Of a DNA stretch of 64,000 nucleotides, positions 1 through 12,524 are shown piece by piece (within the stretch, counting starts at the first letter, position 1; each line of letters starts with the position of its first letter). The notes under the pieces were generated by a model. It saw only the letters and a list, made by a program, of their open reading frames with translations. It did no database searches and was not told where the DNA came from. Source of the DNA: Mobula hypostoma (taxonomy: Eukaryota); the NCBI RefSeq assembly GCF_963921235.1, contig NC_086107.1, positions 105,526,001-105,590,000 of the forward strand, given 5' to 3'. A program made the translations under genes and the position numbers.

Positions 1-589
1 ACACAGTGCAGACATTGTAATTTGATCGTAGCTCTGGGGGTTATTGACATCTTAACCAAAAATAAAAACATGCTGGTGATTTGTATATCGACCAAAACAT
101 TTCTCTTCCTGTAGAATCCAGAATTGGAGCTTACTGCATCATCTCAGTCCGTGAGTAGAATGGTTGTGGTGTGGTAATTAATGTTGCTTATTTTGTTAGG
201 TAATTTTCTAATTTTAATTCTTAACAGCCTCTGAACTGTTCCAGCAAACCACTCATTGAGGGGTGAGCAATACACTTCTATTTTGCCAATGATGCCTACC
301 ACCTGGGAATGTATATAGTTCATCCATCATTACCCTTCATCCGTTGGGCTCCTGAACCAGCATGGATGACGTCACTCACCTCAACTCTAAACTGATTCCA
401 CAACCTACACAACTAACTTTCAAGGACTCTGCAACACATTTTCTCAGTGTTGTTTTAGTGTATTTAAACAGTTTGTCTTTTGCACATCAATTGTTTGTCA
501 TAGTCATGATCATAGAACACTACAGCACATGCCCTGCAGCCCTTCTAGACCGTGCCGAGCTATTAATTTGCCTAGTTTCATTGACTTGC

Positions 590-1005
590 ATCTGAACCAT
601 AGTCCTCCATACCCCTCCCATCCATGTGACTATCCAAATTTATCTTAACTGTTGAAATCGAACCCGCATCCACCGCTTCCACTGGCAGCTCGTTCCAAGT
701 TCTCACCACCCTCTGAGTGAAGAAGTTCCCCCTCATGTTTCCCTTCGACATTTCACCTTTCACCCTTAACCCATGACCTCTAGTTCTAGTCTCACTCATT
801 CTCAGTAGAAAAAGCCTGCTTGCAAATACTCTATAAAGTCCCTCATAATTTGATATACCGCTAGCAAATCGCCCCCTCGTTCTCCAGTGCTCTAGGGAAT
901 GAAGTCCGAACCCACTCAATCTTTCCTGATAACAGGTTCTCAAATCCCGGCAACATCCTTGTAAATATTCTCTGCACTCTTTCAATCTTATTAATATCTT
1001 TCCTG
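590..1005 (-). mobile_element. CR1 LINE 3' fragment
   Basis: ORF 578..1189 contains TRTRGHGLRV...[17 protein letters not shown], the CR1 ORF2 C-terminus. Confidence 0.85.
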
Positions 1006-1544
1006 TTTTTGTTTTAGATGCTTTTGGAGTTAAGTTGCCCATTTTAGATAAAGACCGCAAACAATCTTTTTTAGTGATAGGAAATGTATTTATGTATCGA
1101 GGCAATGAGCCTGTGAGGAAAAACAACTGTGTGTGTTCTTTATTTTTCTGTGATGTCCCATGAGACTCAGGCTGATCTATATATACCATCAGAGGAGGCA
1201 GGATTGGTACACTGTGTGCTGTATGAGCAGGAATGGTTCAAACCTTGTTTATACGATTCATACTTGTGGCCGTGTAGAATGTTTTTAATTAAATCTCATC
1301 ACTGGCAAAATTAGTTCTTTAGAATGTTGTCAGAATCAATTGCTTTTCTGGGAATCATTTCCAAAGTTGATTCACATTTGGATACAGAGTGACAGTGAGT
1401 GGGCAGGGAGATGATTTATTTTCTTGCGTGGGACTGCTTGTTACCAGGATGCCTAACCGTCTGAATTTTACGATCCTGCCCTCCCTCCCCAACTCCCAAA
1501 GACCATGAGAGGGGCTTTTCAGGCTCAGTAAAAGGCTTTGCCAC

Positions 1545-2035
1545 AAGGTGTCACGGCAGCATAGCGGTTAGAGGGACGCATCGCGGCTTGGGGTGTCGGA
1601 GTTCAATCTCAATGTCCTCTGTAAGGAGTCTACGTCCTCCCTGTGGAATACGTGTGTTTTCTATGGGTGCTTCCGTTTCATCCCACATTCCAAAGACGTT
1701 TGGTCATTTTTACTGTTACTGCCATGTGTCGTGAAGTTTATTATCTTTGCTGCAGCCGTACAATACATTATATTAATGTTTTAATATTATATACATACTG
1801 TTATTCAGTTTTTTCCCTATTATGTATTGCATTGTACTGCTGCCTCAGAGGCAACAAATTCATGACATATGCTGGTGTTGATAAACCTGATTCTGTTAGT
1901 GGGTTAATTGGTCATTGTAAATTGTCCTGTGATTAGGCTAGGGTTAAATTGGAGGATTGCTGGCTGTGTGGCTTGAAGGGCCAAAAGGGCCTATTCCGTG
2001 CTGTATCTCAATAAAAAATAAATAAATAAAAATAA
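1545..2035 (+). mobile_element. Degenerate tRNA-derived SINE with a nested repeat
   Basis: Box A/B-like head (agcatagcggttag...ggagttcaat), 'ccacattccaaagacgt' core and AATAAA-rich tail; boundaries approximate. Confidence 0.6.
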
Positions 2036-2889
2036 GTACTGACAAATTGCACAGGGGGTTTGTCTCCTGTTACTTACTTGCTGCCCATTATACTGTTGCT
2101 GTTTAGGTCACCAATGAAGGTCCTCCATCTCTTTCTGCCTATACACACAGCTATGGAAGGATTCTTCATTGCTGTTTCCGTAACAGTTTTGTTTTACCAG
2201 GCAGGATTGTTGGCCTTGAGCTGAATCCCTCCCCAAACCTGGCCACTCTGAGTCTGGGCATGGGTGACTGTACCGAGAGCCAAAGCACAAAGCCCTGACT
2301 ACAGCCAACATTGCTGTCTGGGTCATTGAGGCACTCATCATCCATACCCCACGACAAAGTTGTGGTCCTCTTGGAGATGTCTCCTGCTTCTTACAGACAC
2401 TAACAGGAGTTTGGGAACAGTTGTTCTGCTTGCTCACTGAGAACAGGGCCGTCTTTCTGAGCATCAAATACAAATATACAAAAGGGCTCATTTGAATTCA
2501 ATTTGAGAGTGTGTGGTTTTTGTTTCCAAGGCAACCTCCTGCCCTTGTCCAAATTATACGCTAGGACCTCACTTGTACTAGACTTACCTAGGGAGAAGAA
2601 TGTGTTAATGGAATTGATGCTTAAACTCCAACCATCGTTTCCTTCCAACAGTCTACCCATTATAATCAATCTCCCCACCCTTTAGCTTCCTGCCTAATAT
2701 AATGTGGCTACTCTCCTTGCCCCCACACTCTGAAAATCAAAATTCAAAGTAAATTTATTATCAAATTATGTATATGTTACCATATACTACTCTGAGATTT
2801 ATTTTCTTCGCAGTTATTCACAGTAGAACCAAGAAATACAATAGAAACAATAAAAGACATACAAGTACAATACTAGATCTATTAGCGAA

Positions 2890-4430
2890 CGAGATGGCAG
2901 GTGGCAGAATTTTGTGTCGGGAAAGACTTTGCATCTAGTGATCATAATGTCATTTGGAAATAAATGGGTCTGTTCCTGGAACTGAGATTATAAATTGGAG
3001 AAAGCTTAATTTTGATGGTATCAGAAAAGATCTGGCAAGTGTAGGTTGGGACAGACTGTTTACTGGCAAATGTAAGTCGAAGGCCTTCAGAAGTGAAATT
3101 TTGAGAGTACAGGGTTTGCATGTTCCTGTCAGGATAAAAGGCAAGGATAAAAGGTTTTAGGGAATCTTGGTTTTTTGAGAGAAATTGAGGTCCTGGTTAA
3201 GAAAAGGAGGTGCATAACAGGTATAGGCAAGTAGGAACAAAAAAGTACTTAAGTACAAGAAATGCAAGAGAATACTTAAGGAAATCAGGAGGGTTAAAAG
3301 AAGGCATGAGGTTGCCCTAGCAGACAAGGTGAAGGAGACTCCTAATATATCTACAGATATATCAAGAGTAAAAGGATTGCAAGGGACAAAATTGGTCCTC
3401 TGGAAGACCAGAGTGGTAACCTGTGCATGGAACTGAAAGGGATGGGGAAGATCTTAAATGGATTTTTTGCATCTGTATTTATTCGGGAGGTGGACACAGA
3501 GGGTATAGTGAGGCAAAGCAGCAGCGAGGCCATGGACCCTAGATAGATTTCAAAGGAGGAGGTGTTTGCTGTCTTGAAGCAAATTAGGGTAGATAAATCC
3601 CCAGGGCTTGATAAGGTGTTCCCTCAGACCTTGTGGAAAGGTAGTGTAGAAATTGCATGGACCCTAACAGAGATATTTAAAACATTCTCAGCTACGGTGG
3701 AGGTGCCTGAGGAATAGAGGATAGTTAATGTTGTCCCGTGGTTTAAGAGATTCTCTAAGAATAAGCCAAGAAATTATAGGCTGATGAGCCTGACATCAGT
3801 AGTGAGAAGAATATTCAAAGGTATTCTAAGGGATTGTATATCTAAGTGTTTGGACAGACCAGGACCGATTAGGGATAGTCAACATGGCCTTGTGTGTGGT
3901 AAGCCAAGTCTAGTTTATTTTTTGAAGTTACCAGGAAAGCTGGTGAGGTCAAGGCAGTGGATGTTGACTACATGGACTATAGCAAGTCCTTGACAAGGTC
4001 CTGCATGGGAGGTTGGTTAAGAGCGCTCAGTTGCTTGGCATTCGAGATGAGGTGGTATAGTGGATTAGACATTGGCTTCTCAGGAGAAGACAGAGTGGTA
4101 GTAGATGGTTGCCAAATTGAGGGGGCTTTAATAGGGTAAATGTAAGCAGGCTTTTTCCACTGTGGTGAGTCCACAAGTAGATGTCCTGGGTTAAGGGTGA
4201 AAGGTGAAATGCTTAAGGAGGGGGTGGTGAGAGTGTGTAATGAACTGGCAGTGCAAGTGGTGAATACAGTTTTGATTTCAACACTTAAGAGAAACTTGGA
4301 TAGGTACATGGATGGGATGGCTATGGAGGGTGATGGTAACTGGTGAAGGTCAATGGAATTAGGGAGATTAATGATTCAGCATGGACTAGAAGGGCCGAAG
4401 GGTCTCTTTCTGTTTCTGCAGTGTTCTATG
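2890..4430 (+). mobile_element. Degenerate CR1 LINE fragment with internal deletions
   Basis: Frameshifted ORF2 pieces (DKSPG, NYR.MSLTSVV, SQHG, DVDYMDYSK) followed by a CR1 3' end. Confidence 0.85.
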
Positions 4431-5847
4431 AGTCTGTGATTCTGATTACGACAAAGACGGAGAAATGATCGATGTGCAAAAAAACGCAAACCGCATATAC
4501 ACAAACAAATAATAATACTGAGAACATGAGTTGTAGAGTCCTTGGAAAGTGAGTCCATAGATTGTGGAATCAGTTCAGAGTTGAGCTGAGGTGAGTGCAA
4601 TTATCCATGCTGGTCCAGGAGCCTGATGGTTCAATGGAAGTAACTGTTCCTGAGCCCAGTGGTATGGAATCTGAGGGCTCTGTACCACCTTCTCAATGGC
4701 AGCAGTGAGAAGAGTGCCTGGCCTGGATGGCGGGGGTCCAAAGGTCGGGAGGGAGGGGTGGGAGGAGAGGAGAGAGTGAGAGCTCAGGGCTCAGCTTGGA
4801 CTGTGGCACTGTCACAGCAATAACAATGAAACACTTGAATGCTCAGCTGGAGCCGTTAAGAGTCAAAATTAAAAATTATCTGACAAAATATCAGTATTAA
4901 TTATTGAGCTGTTCTGCAAGCAGACTGAAATGATGTCATAGCTCTGATTCTGGAGATTGCGGGAGTGAAGATGTGTTGGTTGATAAAGAATTCATCAGCA
5001 TGTTTTTCTGGTTAAGATATTAATAACCTGGTGCCAGAATCAGGTTACATAACGGATGCAGCAGTGAACGAAGGTTATAATGTTGTGGCTTGGCCTCGTT
5101 TGCTACCATAGAGAAACCTCTGGGCTGGGGAGGGCTGTGCGGGCACAGATGAGGAGACTGCCAGCTTCCATCGCATCCATCAGGGGGTGACTAAATTCTG
5201 TCATCCGGGCGGTCTGCCAGCTCGTGGAGCTGTCACTGATGGTCCCCGGCAATGGCTGCAGCTCAGCACTGCTCACCAGCCCTCGTAGGCAATCTCCGTG
5301 CCAGTGGAGAGCAGGTTCTGGCACAGCAAAACACACCTGTTTCCCCCCCCTTTCTGAAGTGGCCACTTGTCCCATATTAACTCTAGTGCAGGTCCCATTT
5401 TCATAAGACTATAAACACACAGGCCATTCAGCCCATTTATTTAGCTCCACCATTCGATCCTATCTCATTGATTTTTCCTCTCAGCCCCATTCTCCTGCCT
5501 TCTCCCCATAACCTTTGATACCCTTATTAATCAAGAAACGTTCATCCTCCTGTTTAAATATACCCAATGGCATGGCCACCACAGCTGTTTGTGGCAATGA
5601 ATTCCACAGATTTACCATCCTCTGCCTAAAGAAGTACCTCCTTATCTCTGTTCTAAAGAGATGTCCTTGTATTCTGAAACTCGTCCTTCTGGCCCTAGAC
5701 TCCCCCATTCTTATTTCCCTGTGCCCTTACAATTTATTCTTTCTCATATGCCCTTTAGTTCTCCAGAGATTCATGTTTTCGCCATTGAGGGGTAATTTGT
5801 AGCTAATCTCCCATGTGAGTGGAAATCAGCACTGTCATGGAGAAAGC

Positions 5848-6669
5848 TGTTACGTACCCCGTAACTGGGTTGCCAAACCAGCAGAAATGGAACGCTCGTT
5901 GGAGTCTGGATTACTAGGAACTAATAAAGTTTTATTAAAGACATAAGTAATACAGTACTCTAATCGTAAGGATATAAATGTAACAGGTTAGCAATGATAT
6001 TACACACATATACACAGAAATAGGGTAATAGGAATCAACCAAGCTCTATCGCATTCTAGGGGTAAAATGATCAGTCTTAAGTGAAGCAGAGTTCAGTTCA
6101 GTTTAGTGCAGTTCGCAGTAATCACTGTTGTGCCGTTGGAGAGAGAGAGAGGGATGCAATTTGGTTTAGGCAGACCTTTGATGTCTTCGCAGTTGGTTCC
6201 GGGCAGACCCTTTTATGTCTTCCAATCCCCGCTGTGGTCACTGACTGTGACCCCTCCGTTCTGGATACGATCGTTCTTCCGTGGTGAACCCGGCACCCAG
6301 GCAAGGGCGGACACACACCCCAGGTTCCCACTGATCGTACCTTTACACCCTGTGAGCCTCTGGTCGGTTCCCGCGAACCGGACCTCCAAACTCCCAGCAC
6401 TTGTGGGGGTACACTGCTCTTTCCAGGGTCTCATGGTGTGTTGCGTGCCTTAGCAAACCTGCTGTTTTTATCCCCCTGCTGGGGTATCACCTGTCCATCA
6501 AACTGCAAACAGTTCAGGTTCAAAGCAACCGGTCTGTCAAGATTCTGAATTGTGTTTCTTTTCTGTTAATGCCTCTCTTCTCTCTTATTAGCATTTTGAA
6601 TGTTTCTCCATTGTCTTTCTTATCTCTCTCATTAGCATCAATTGTCCGATAGCTTTGCTTCGCGTCACA
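5848..6669. mobile_element. Solo LTR (Gypsy-like), 822 bp
   Basis: Begins TGTTACG and ends CGTCACA (imperfect inverted termini). A 4-bp direct repeat AAGC lies on both sides, and the element interrupts a SINE fragment. Confidence 0.8.
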
Positions 6670-6721
6670 AAGCATATAAACTTTTCAGACAGCACCCGAG
6701 GTCAGGATTGAACCTATTCTC

Positions 6722-7181
6722 GAGAGGCCACTTTATTAGTTACAGGGGTGGGACCCAGTGTGCTCTTCTGCACACCACTGTTGTAACACATTTGAGTTAC
6801 TGTCACCTTCCTGTCAGCTTGATCCAGTCTGGCCATTCTCCTCTGATCTGTCTCATTAATGAGGCATTTTCGCCCACAGAGTTGCAGTTCACTGGATTTC
6901 TTTTTGCACCTTTCTCTGTAAGCTCTATGGACCGCTGTGCGTGAAAATCCCAGGAGATCGGCAGTTTCTGATACTCAAACCACTCTGGCTGTGACCAGCG
7001 ATCATTCCATGGTCAAAGTCATTTAGATCACATTTCCTCCCCCATCTGAAGCTTGGACTGAACAACAACTGAACCACTTGGCCATGACCACATGCTTTTA
7101 TGCGTAGAATTGCTGCCTCCTGATTGGCTGATTAAATATTTGCATTAATGCACAGTTGTACCTAATAAAGTGGCCACTGAT
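6722..7181. mobile_element. Non-autonomous DNA transposon (Tc1/mariner-like MITE)
   Basis: Inverted termini ggccactttattag...ctaataaagtggcc; a second partial copy lies at ~21280-21623. Confidence 0.7.
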
Positions 7182-7424
7182 TGGCAGCAGCACATCCTAT
7201 GTGCAGGTCTCGGACTCTTAGGACCGGTAACACTGAAACGATCTGGTGGTCTGTGGGGTACCAGTGTGTCCCAAGTGGCATCCATTTTGTCTCTCACTGA
7301 TCGAATAGTGGGTAGTATACAGGTTTCTCAGGGACTTCTGGCAATACTGTTTGATGTTGGGCTCACTGGTTGCATTAGTGACCAAGTGCCGTTATAACAG
7401 CGGATGTTAATGCTTTTTCTACAG

Positions 7425-7544
7425 GAGCTTAGAGAACGGGGGGATAAGAGGAAGCGGCCGCAGGAAGACGATGACGATACCGAACAGTCGCTCGGCATCA
7501 GGAGAAAAGTGGCAGGCAGCAAAGTGAGGAAAAAGCATCGCTGA
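7425..7544 (+). CDS. ddx47: Last coding exon of DEAD-box RNA helicase DDX47 (Rrp3)
   Basis: Acceptor tttttctacag, then ELRERGDKRKRPQEDDDDTEQSLGIRRKVAGSKVRKKHR-TGA. This resembles the vertebrate DDX47 C-terminus (ELREHGEKKKRSRED...DDTEGAIGVRNKVAGGK, recalled). No upstream DDX47 exon was recognised in 1-7424. Confidence 0.88.
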   Translation, partial: ELRERGDKRKRPQEDDDDTEQSLGIRRKVAGSKVRKKHR

Positions 7545-8094
7545 GTTTCCTCACCGTGGACAGTCTGCTGAAATAGCGAACAGATTGGTTGTGATATTTA
7601 TATGTTGTAAGCTGGCCATAGCTAGAATCAACCAGCGCTTGGTTCGATCTGTTCACTTGGATCTCCTGCGAAGACTTTACCGTTGCCAGATGAAGTCATA
7701 CCTTTTGCTGTCTTGCACAGCTGTTCCTGGCAAACCAGGCAATGTTCTGTCTCTCGCAGAAAAAAACCTTGTAAGGTTGTGTTTTTATTTCAAAGAGAAT
7801 TTCCACTTGTAAAGTATCACTTGAAACGTTCAAAGTAAATTTATTATCGAAGTACGTGCGTCATCATGTACAACCCTGAGATTTATTTTCTTGCGGGCAC
7901 AGTCAATAGATCCAATAACCATGATAGAATCAATGAAAGACCGCACCAACAGGGTACAAGAATTTACTAAATATTCTAAAGTGAAAGAAAATATTCCTAT
8001 TAGTGCCACTGGTTCTTTCAGTAGTTCTTACGGCTGGCATGTGCCAGATGTAATGGTTATCTGGGAGTGAAATAACGGTGTTGAAAATAACGCA

Positions 8095-8310
8095 AACACG
8101 AGGAAATCTGCAGATGCTGGAATTTGAAGCAACACACATAAAAGTTGCTGGTGAACGCAGCAGGCCAGGCAGCATCTCTAGGAAGAGGTACAGTCGACGT
8201 TTCGGGCTGAGACCCTTCGTCAGGACTAACTGAAAGAAGAGCCAGTAAGAGATTTGAAAGTGGGAGGGGAAGGGGGAGATCCAAAATGATAGGAGAAGAC
8301 AAGAGGGGAG
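8095..8310 (-). mobile_element. Penelope-like terminal repeat fragment with hammerhead motif
   Basis: Contains agtcCTGACGAagggtctcagcccGAAAcGTCgact (8192-8227, minus). The same family adjoins Penelope-type ORF ends at ~22140-22680 and ~36700-37220. Confidence 0.7.
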
Positions 8311-11300
8311 GGTGTGTGTTGCTTTGGTAGAGGTTCTTGGTGACTCCATTCTTCAAGCCTCTCGGCTACTCACCACCCCCACCCCATCAGAGGCTAGAGA
8401 ACAATACTGCTATCAATGGGCTTCCAGGGCCTCAGAATTTCTGGTTGCCTAGACTCACAGTCTCATCAGTGATCCAGTCTTTGCAATCTGATGGAAGAGG
8501 TTCGATCGGAGTTGATTCAGAAACTTATCTTCAGTGATGGTTGGTAAAATGATTTATTGTCACTGTGTTGGAAGTACAGTGGAAAACCTGGGTTGTTTTC
8601 TCTGGAGTGGCAGAGGCTGGGGAGAGACCTAGTGAAACTTTATAAAATTGAAAGGTGTAAGTAGGATAGAACAGAGAAATCTACAGCACATTACAGGCCC
8701 TTCGGCCCACAATGTCGTGCTATGTAGCCTACTCTAGAAACTGCCTAGCATTTCCCTAGCGCGTACCCTTTATTTTTCTGAGTAAAAAAAAACTTGTCTG
8801 TGACACTCCCCTTATACCTACTTCCAAGCACCTTAAAATTATGCTCCTTCCCCTTGTGCTAGCTATTTCAGCCCTGGAAAAAGCCTCTGGCTATCCACAC
8901 AATCAATGCCTCATCACATACACCTCTATCAGGTCACTTCTCATCCTCCGTCACTCCAAGGAGAAAATGCCAAGTTCACTCAACCTATTCTCGTAAGGTA
9001 CGCTCTCCAATCCGAGCAACGTCCTTGTAAATCTCCTCTGTAGTCTTTCTATAGTATCCACGTCCTTCTTGTAGAGAAGTGACCAGATGAATAGTCTGAA
9101 TCTTTTTCTCAAGGTTGAAAAGAACTAGAGAATATTCATCTAAGGAGGGAGAGACGAGGGGGAAAGTTTAAAGGTGCCGGGGTAAATTTTCTTTTAAACA
9201 GGGTGTTGTAGGTGCCTGATTGGGCTGCCAGGATGGTGGTGGAAACAAACACCATAGAGATGTTTGAAAGGCTTTTAGATAGGTACAAGAATACACAGGG
9301 ACTGGAGGGATTAGTTTAATTTTGGCATGACGTTTGGCACAGACATTGTGGGGCGAGGAACAACTCTGAAACCTGGGAACAGCTTGCTTTTATTTCTGGT
9401 GACTGAGCTGTTCTGTTCTCCCACTCTCCTCCATCAGCTGATCTATTTATTCCATTTACTTGTTTAACCACCCTCGTCCTTCTAAACTCCAGCATGTACA
9501 GGGCCCAGAGCCATCAAGTGTTCCCAGTAGTGAGTACTGGTAACCTCATCTCTAACCTTCCACCACCCTCCCTCTGACAGAACCATCTGTGACTCTCACA
9601 CAAAAATGGTTATCCTCAGACCTAACCTAACTCTCACCCCATCCGCTGGATAGGTGAATCCGATGAACCCTGTCCCCAACCACCAATAATTCCAGCTCCT
9701 GGGAATCTAAGGGGAAGTTTAAGGAAAACTTCTACTACTTGCCTCAACCACTGCTGTCGGGAATAATTCCCCACACTAACCACCCTGAATGAAGGTTGTT
9801 TTCTTGGTAAGTGATCATCTTGTATTTGTGTCTACTCTGTACCTGCATCTGAAAACTGTAGTTTAAAAGCCCTATCCCGTCACCCTTCAGCCTTCTGTTC
9901 CCCAAAGAACTCCAGCCTGTTGGGTGTTCCTTATTGGCTACCTTCTCAATGCTAAGATCCTCCTTGTAATAGTTCGAACACAAGAGATGTAAGAAGGGCG
10001 ATCTTCCATGAGGTACAACATGGAATATGGGGCCTTGAGGCCACGCCACCCAGCTATCACATAACAATTTACAACGACCAGTCAACTTACCAACCTGCGA
10101 CGGGAGTTCAACCCTGTGTCGCTGGTACTGTAAAGAGTGCCATGTTAAATGTAAAGTGGCTTTGACAGAGCATAGATGAGACGAATTCTTGTGGTACCAA
10201 CCACCGTTACTGAGACACAACTCAAACATGATTCGTTTTATTGTTATATTCATAAAATACAGACATCAAACTACAGGATTTCTGCTTAACTAAAGTAGGA
10301 AAATACAATGCAAAGAACGTAAGTGCATTATTTTCAGCTTGTGCAGTGATACTAGTTCTGAACATTATGAAATACCTAACCAAAGACACCACTGGTCTCC
10401 CCTAACCCCTGGGAACAGTTACCATGTTGTGAGGGTATGTTTTATCCCTCTGAGTATTGTTGGAATTTTTTTTTCCCAAATTAAGGAAGCTGTTTATCCT
10501 CTTTGTTTGTACAAATCTATTTCATCCTCTTAAAAACTGATGCAAACATTAGAAATCTGCGTCTACTCAGGGCAGACTCTACACAATACTAATCCCCTTG
10601 TTTTCTAGGATTCCTTACTCTCTAACAAATGAACTGATTGGGTGTCGCTTGTTGACCCTCAGGTCAGTTTTAATCCTGAGAGAGTAGCTCTGTAAACAAT
10701 TTTAATTCCTGCAAAACTTTTTACATTAGCACAGAAATAAAGAGCAACCAAAGAGCTTGTTTTAAAATAATGCTCCCATTCTTGTCCAATGCTGTTCCGC
10801 CCCACAGAGCCAATTTACAGCGTCAGTCTAAACAAATAATTTACAAAACTTAAACGCCTTAAGTTTCAACTATGTACAACTGTACAGTCAGTATTTGGGC
10901 TTGTTGGAGACAGGATGACCATGTGTCTTTTGATGTTTAAATTATAATACATTTGTGCCTTAAGACAGAAGTAAACATTGGTGCTTGAACTCTAAAAAGG
11001 ACACAGTAGGAGGCCCAGCTTACTCCATGCTGAAGAAAAGTACACTATTTCATTTAGTTTACACGATATTGCACATAACCTCAACCCTGGAAAATGTCGT
11101 GTGATGTTATTATACATAAACTTGGCATGCTAGTACTACACAGTTTGCTCGTATATAAATCATTTGGCTGCGATCGTGACAAGAGGTTATCTGGTTCCCT
11201 AGAAGCAGCCAAAATATGCTTATGTATGTATTTGGTCTAGTACTGTCAAGCAGCACTACATCAGGAGTGTTTGCCTCCCTTCAGGTCTGGCGTCCACTGG

Positions 11301-12385
11301 GTAACCCACTACCTCATCACATGCACAATTATATCACACAGAATGCAAACACACTGATTTAAATGTGCCGTGTTTTCAAGCACTTCATTTTTTTTCAGCC
11401 TTGTGTGTTGGTATGCAAGGATAGACCCTCACCTGCTCTTGGCTATTCAATCTCTTTACCGCTCGGTGTTTATGGCAAGCTTAATGTTAGCCGAACTGGA
11501 AATCGTTTTATTTTTTAAACTGAGTAAAGGATAGGAAAAAGTCAATAACCTGTCTGCTAGATTTGTTGAGGCGAAGGATATTTTAGTTGGCTGTGGAGCA
11601 ATCCTTCATCAGGCATTCGGTGTTGGCACCAGACACTTGCAGGTGCAACAGCGGTGAGCTCTACCCTCACGAGCACACATCCTTGTAAACCACAGGCACG
11701 TTTCCACCCCCAACGTCAACCGCACTGTGGCCTTGGTGAGGAAAAGGGCTAAATTCGGAACAATGAAAAGCCCATTTGCCGCCAGCAGCTAATTTGTCTG
11801 GGCAAATACTTTGCTCTGGCCAGCTTAGAACACCTTGGCGTTGGAAAAAGATTGAGTGCAATGCTCTTCTGGTATGCAGCCTTCTAGGTGTCTAATATTG
11901 AGGGATTGGGATGGTGATATTTCATGAAAGCCTTTCACAACACACTTATTTCAAAGGACAAAGGTGACATACATTCAGTAGAAATAGCAGCTTGTACATA
12001 TCTTATGGTAAAATTGGCAAAGGAATGGATGCGCTTGGGTGGCGTGGGGTGTGGAGAATACCATAATTTAGTCACCAGAGATTTGGAAAATCTGTTCAGT
12101 TTTAAGATTCAAAGCAGGCCATGAGTTGTAGTGTGGAAGATTGGATTGGGTTATTAGTAAGCAAAACATTATCTCATCCCAGTTCCAGACAGCAGTGAGG
12201 ACCCCTTAAGTCAAAGGTTCTTAACAGGCAAAAGCTGTGACCAGCAGAACTAGATTTAAATACTCTGATGGAAACTACACAAGTATTCGTTCAGCATTCC
12301 AATTAACACGGTCCAATCCATTGTATAAACATTATGTGTGATATAAAGTACTGTACTGTGATATTGCTGATGTTTGGGCTCGAGT

Positions 12386-12524
12386 TTATTTATAATAATT
12401 TCCGAAGTATTGTTGGTAGGCAGTTTGGAATCCAATCCTGTTGGCCAGGTAATCACAGGGATAGAAGGACTCACATAGTTCTCTACGATGCTCGTAAGGT
12501 GTCTTGTAGTAATACTCCCGGTGC
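12386..12524 (-). CDS. bglap: Terminal coding exon of the Gla-protein gene (Gla domain)
   Basis: Acceptor cttcattctag, phase 2. Reads (R)[48 protein letters not shown], with the ExxxExC carboxylation motif and two Cys five residues apart. Confidence 0.95.

Noticed and set aside
1545..1620. tRNA gene
   Set aside because: The box A/B-like sequence is a degenerate SINE head and does not form a cloverleaf; the same holds near 13260 and 30210.
9744..10253. 169-aa minus-strand ORF
   Set aside because: A patchwork of SINE and CR1 remnants (e.g. SLGNRRLKGD) with no coherent domain.
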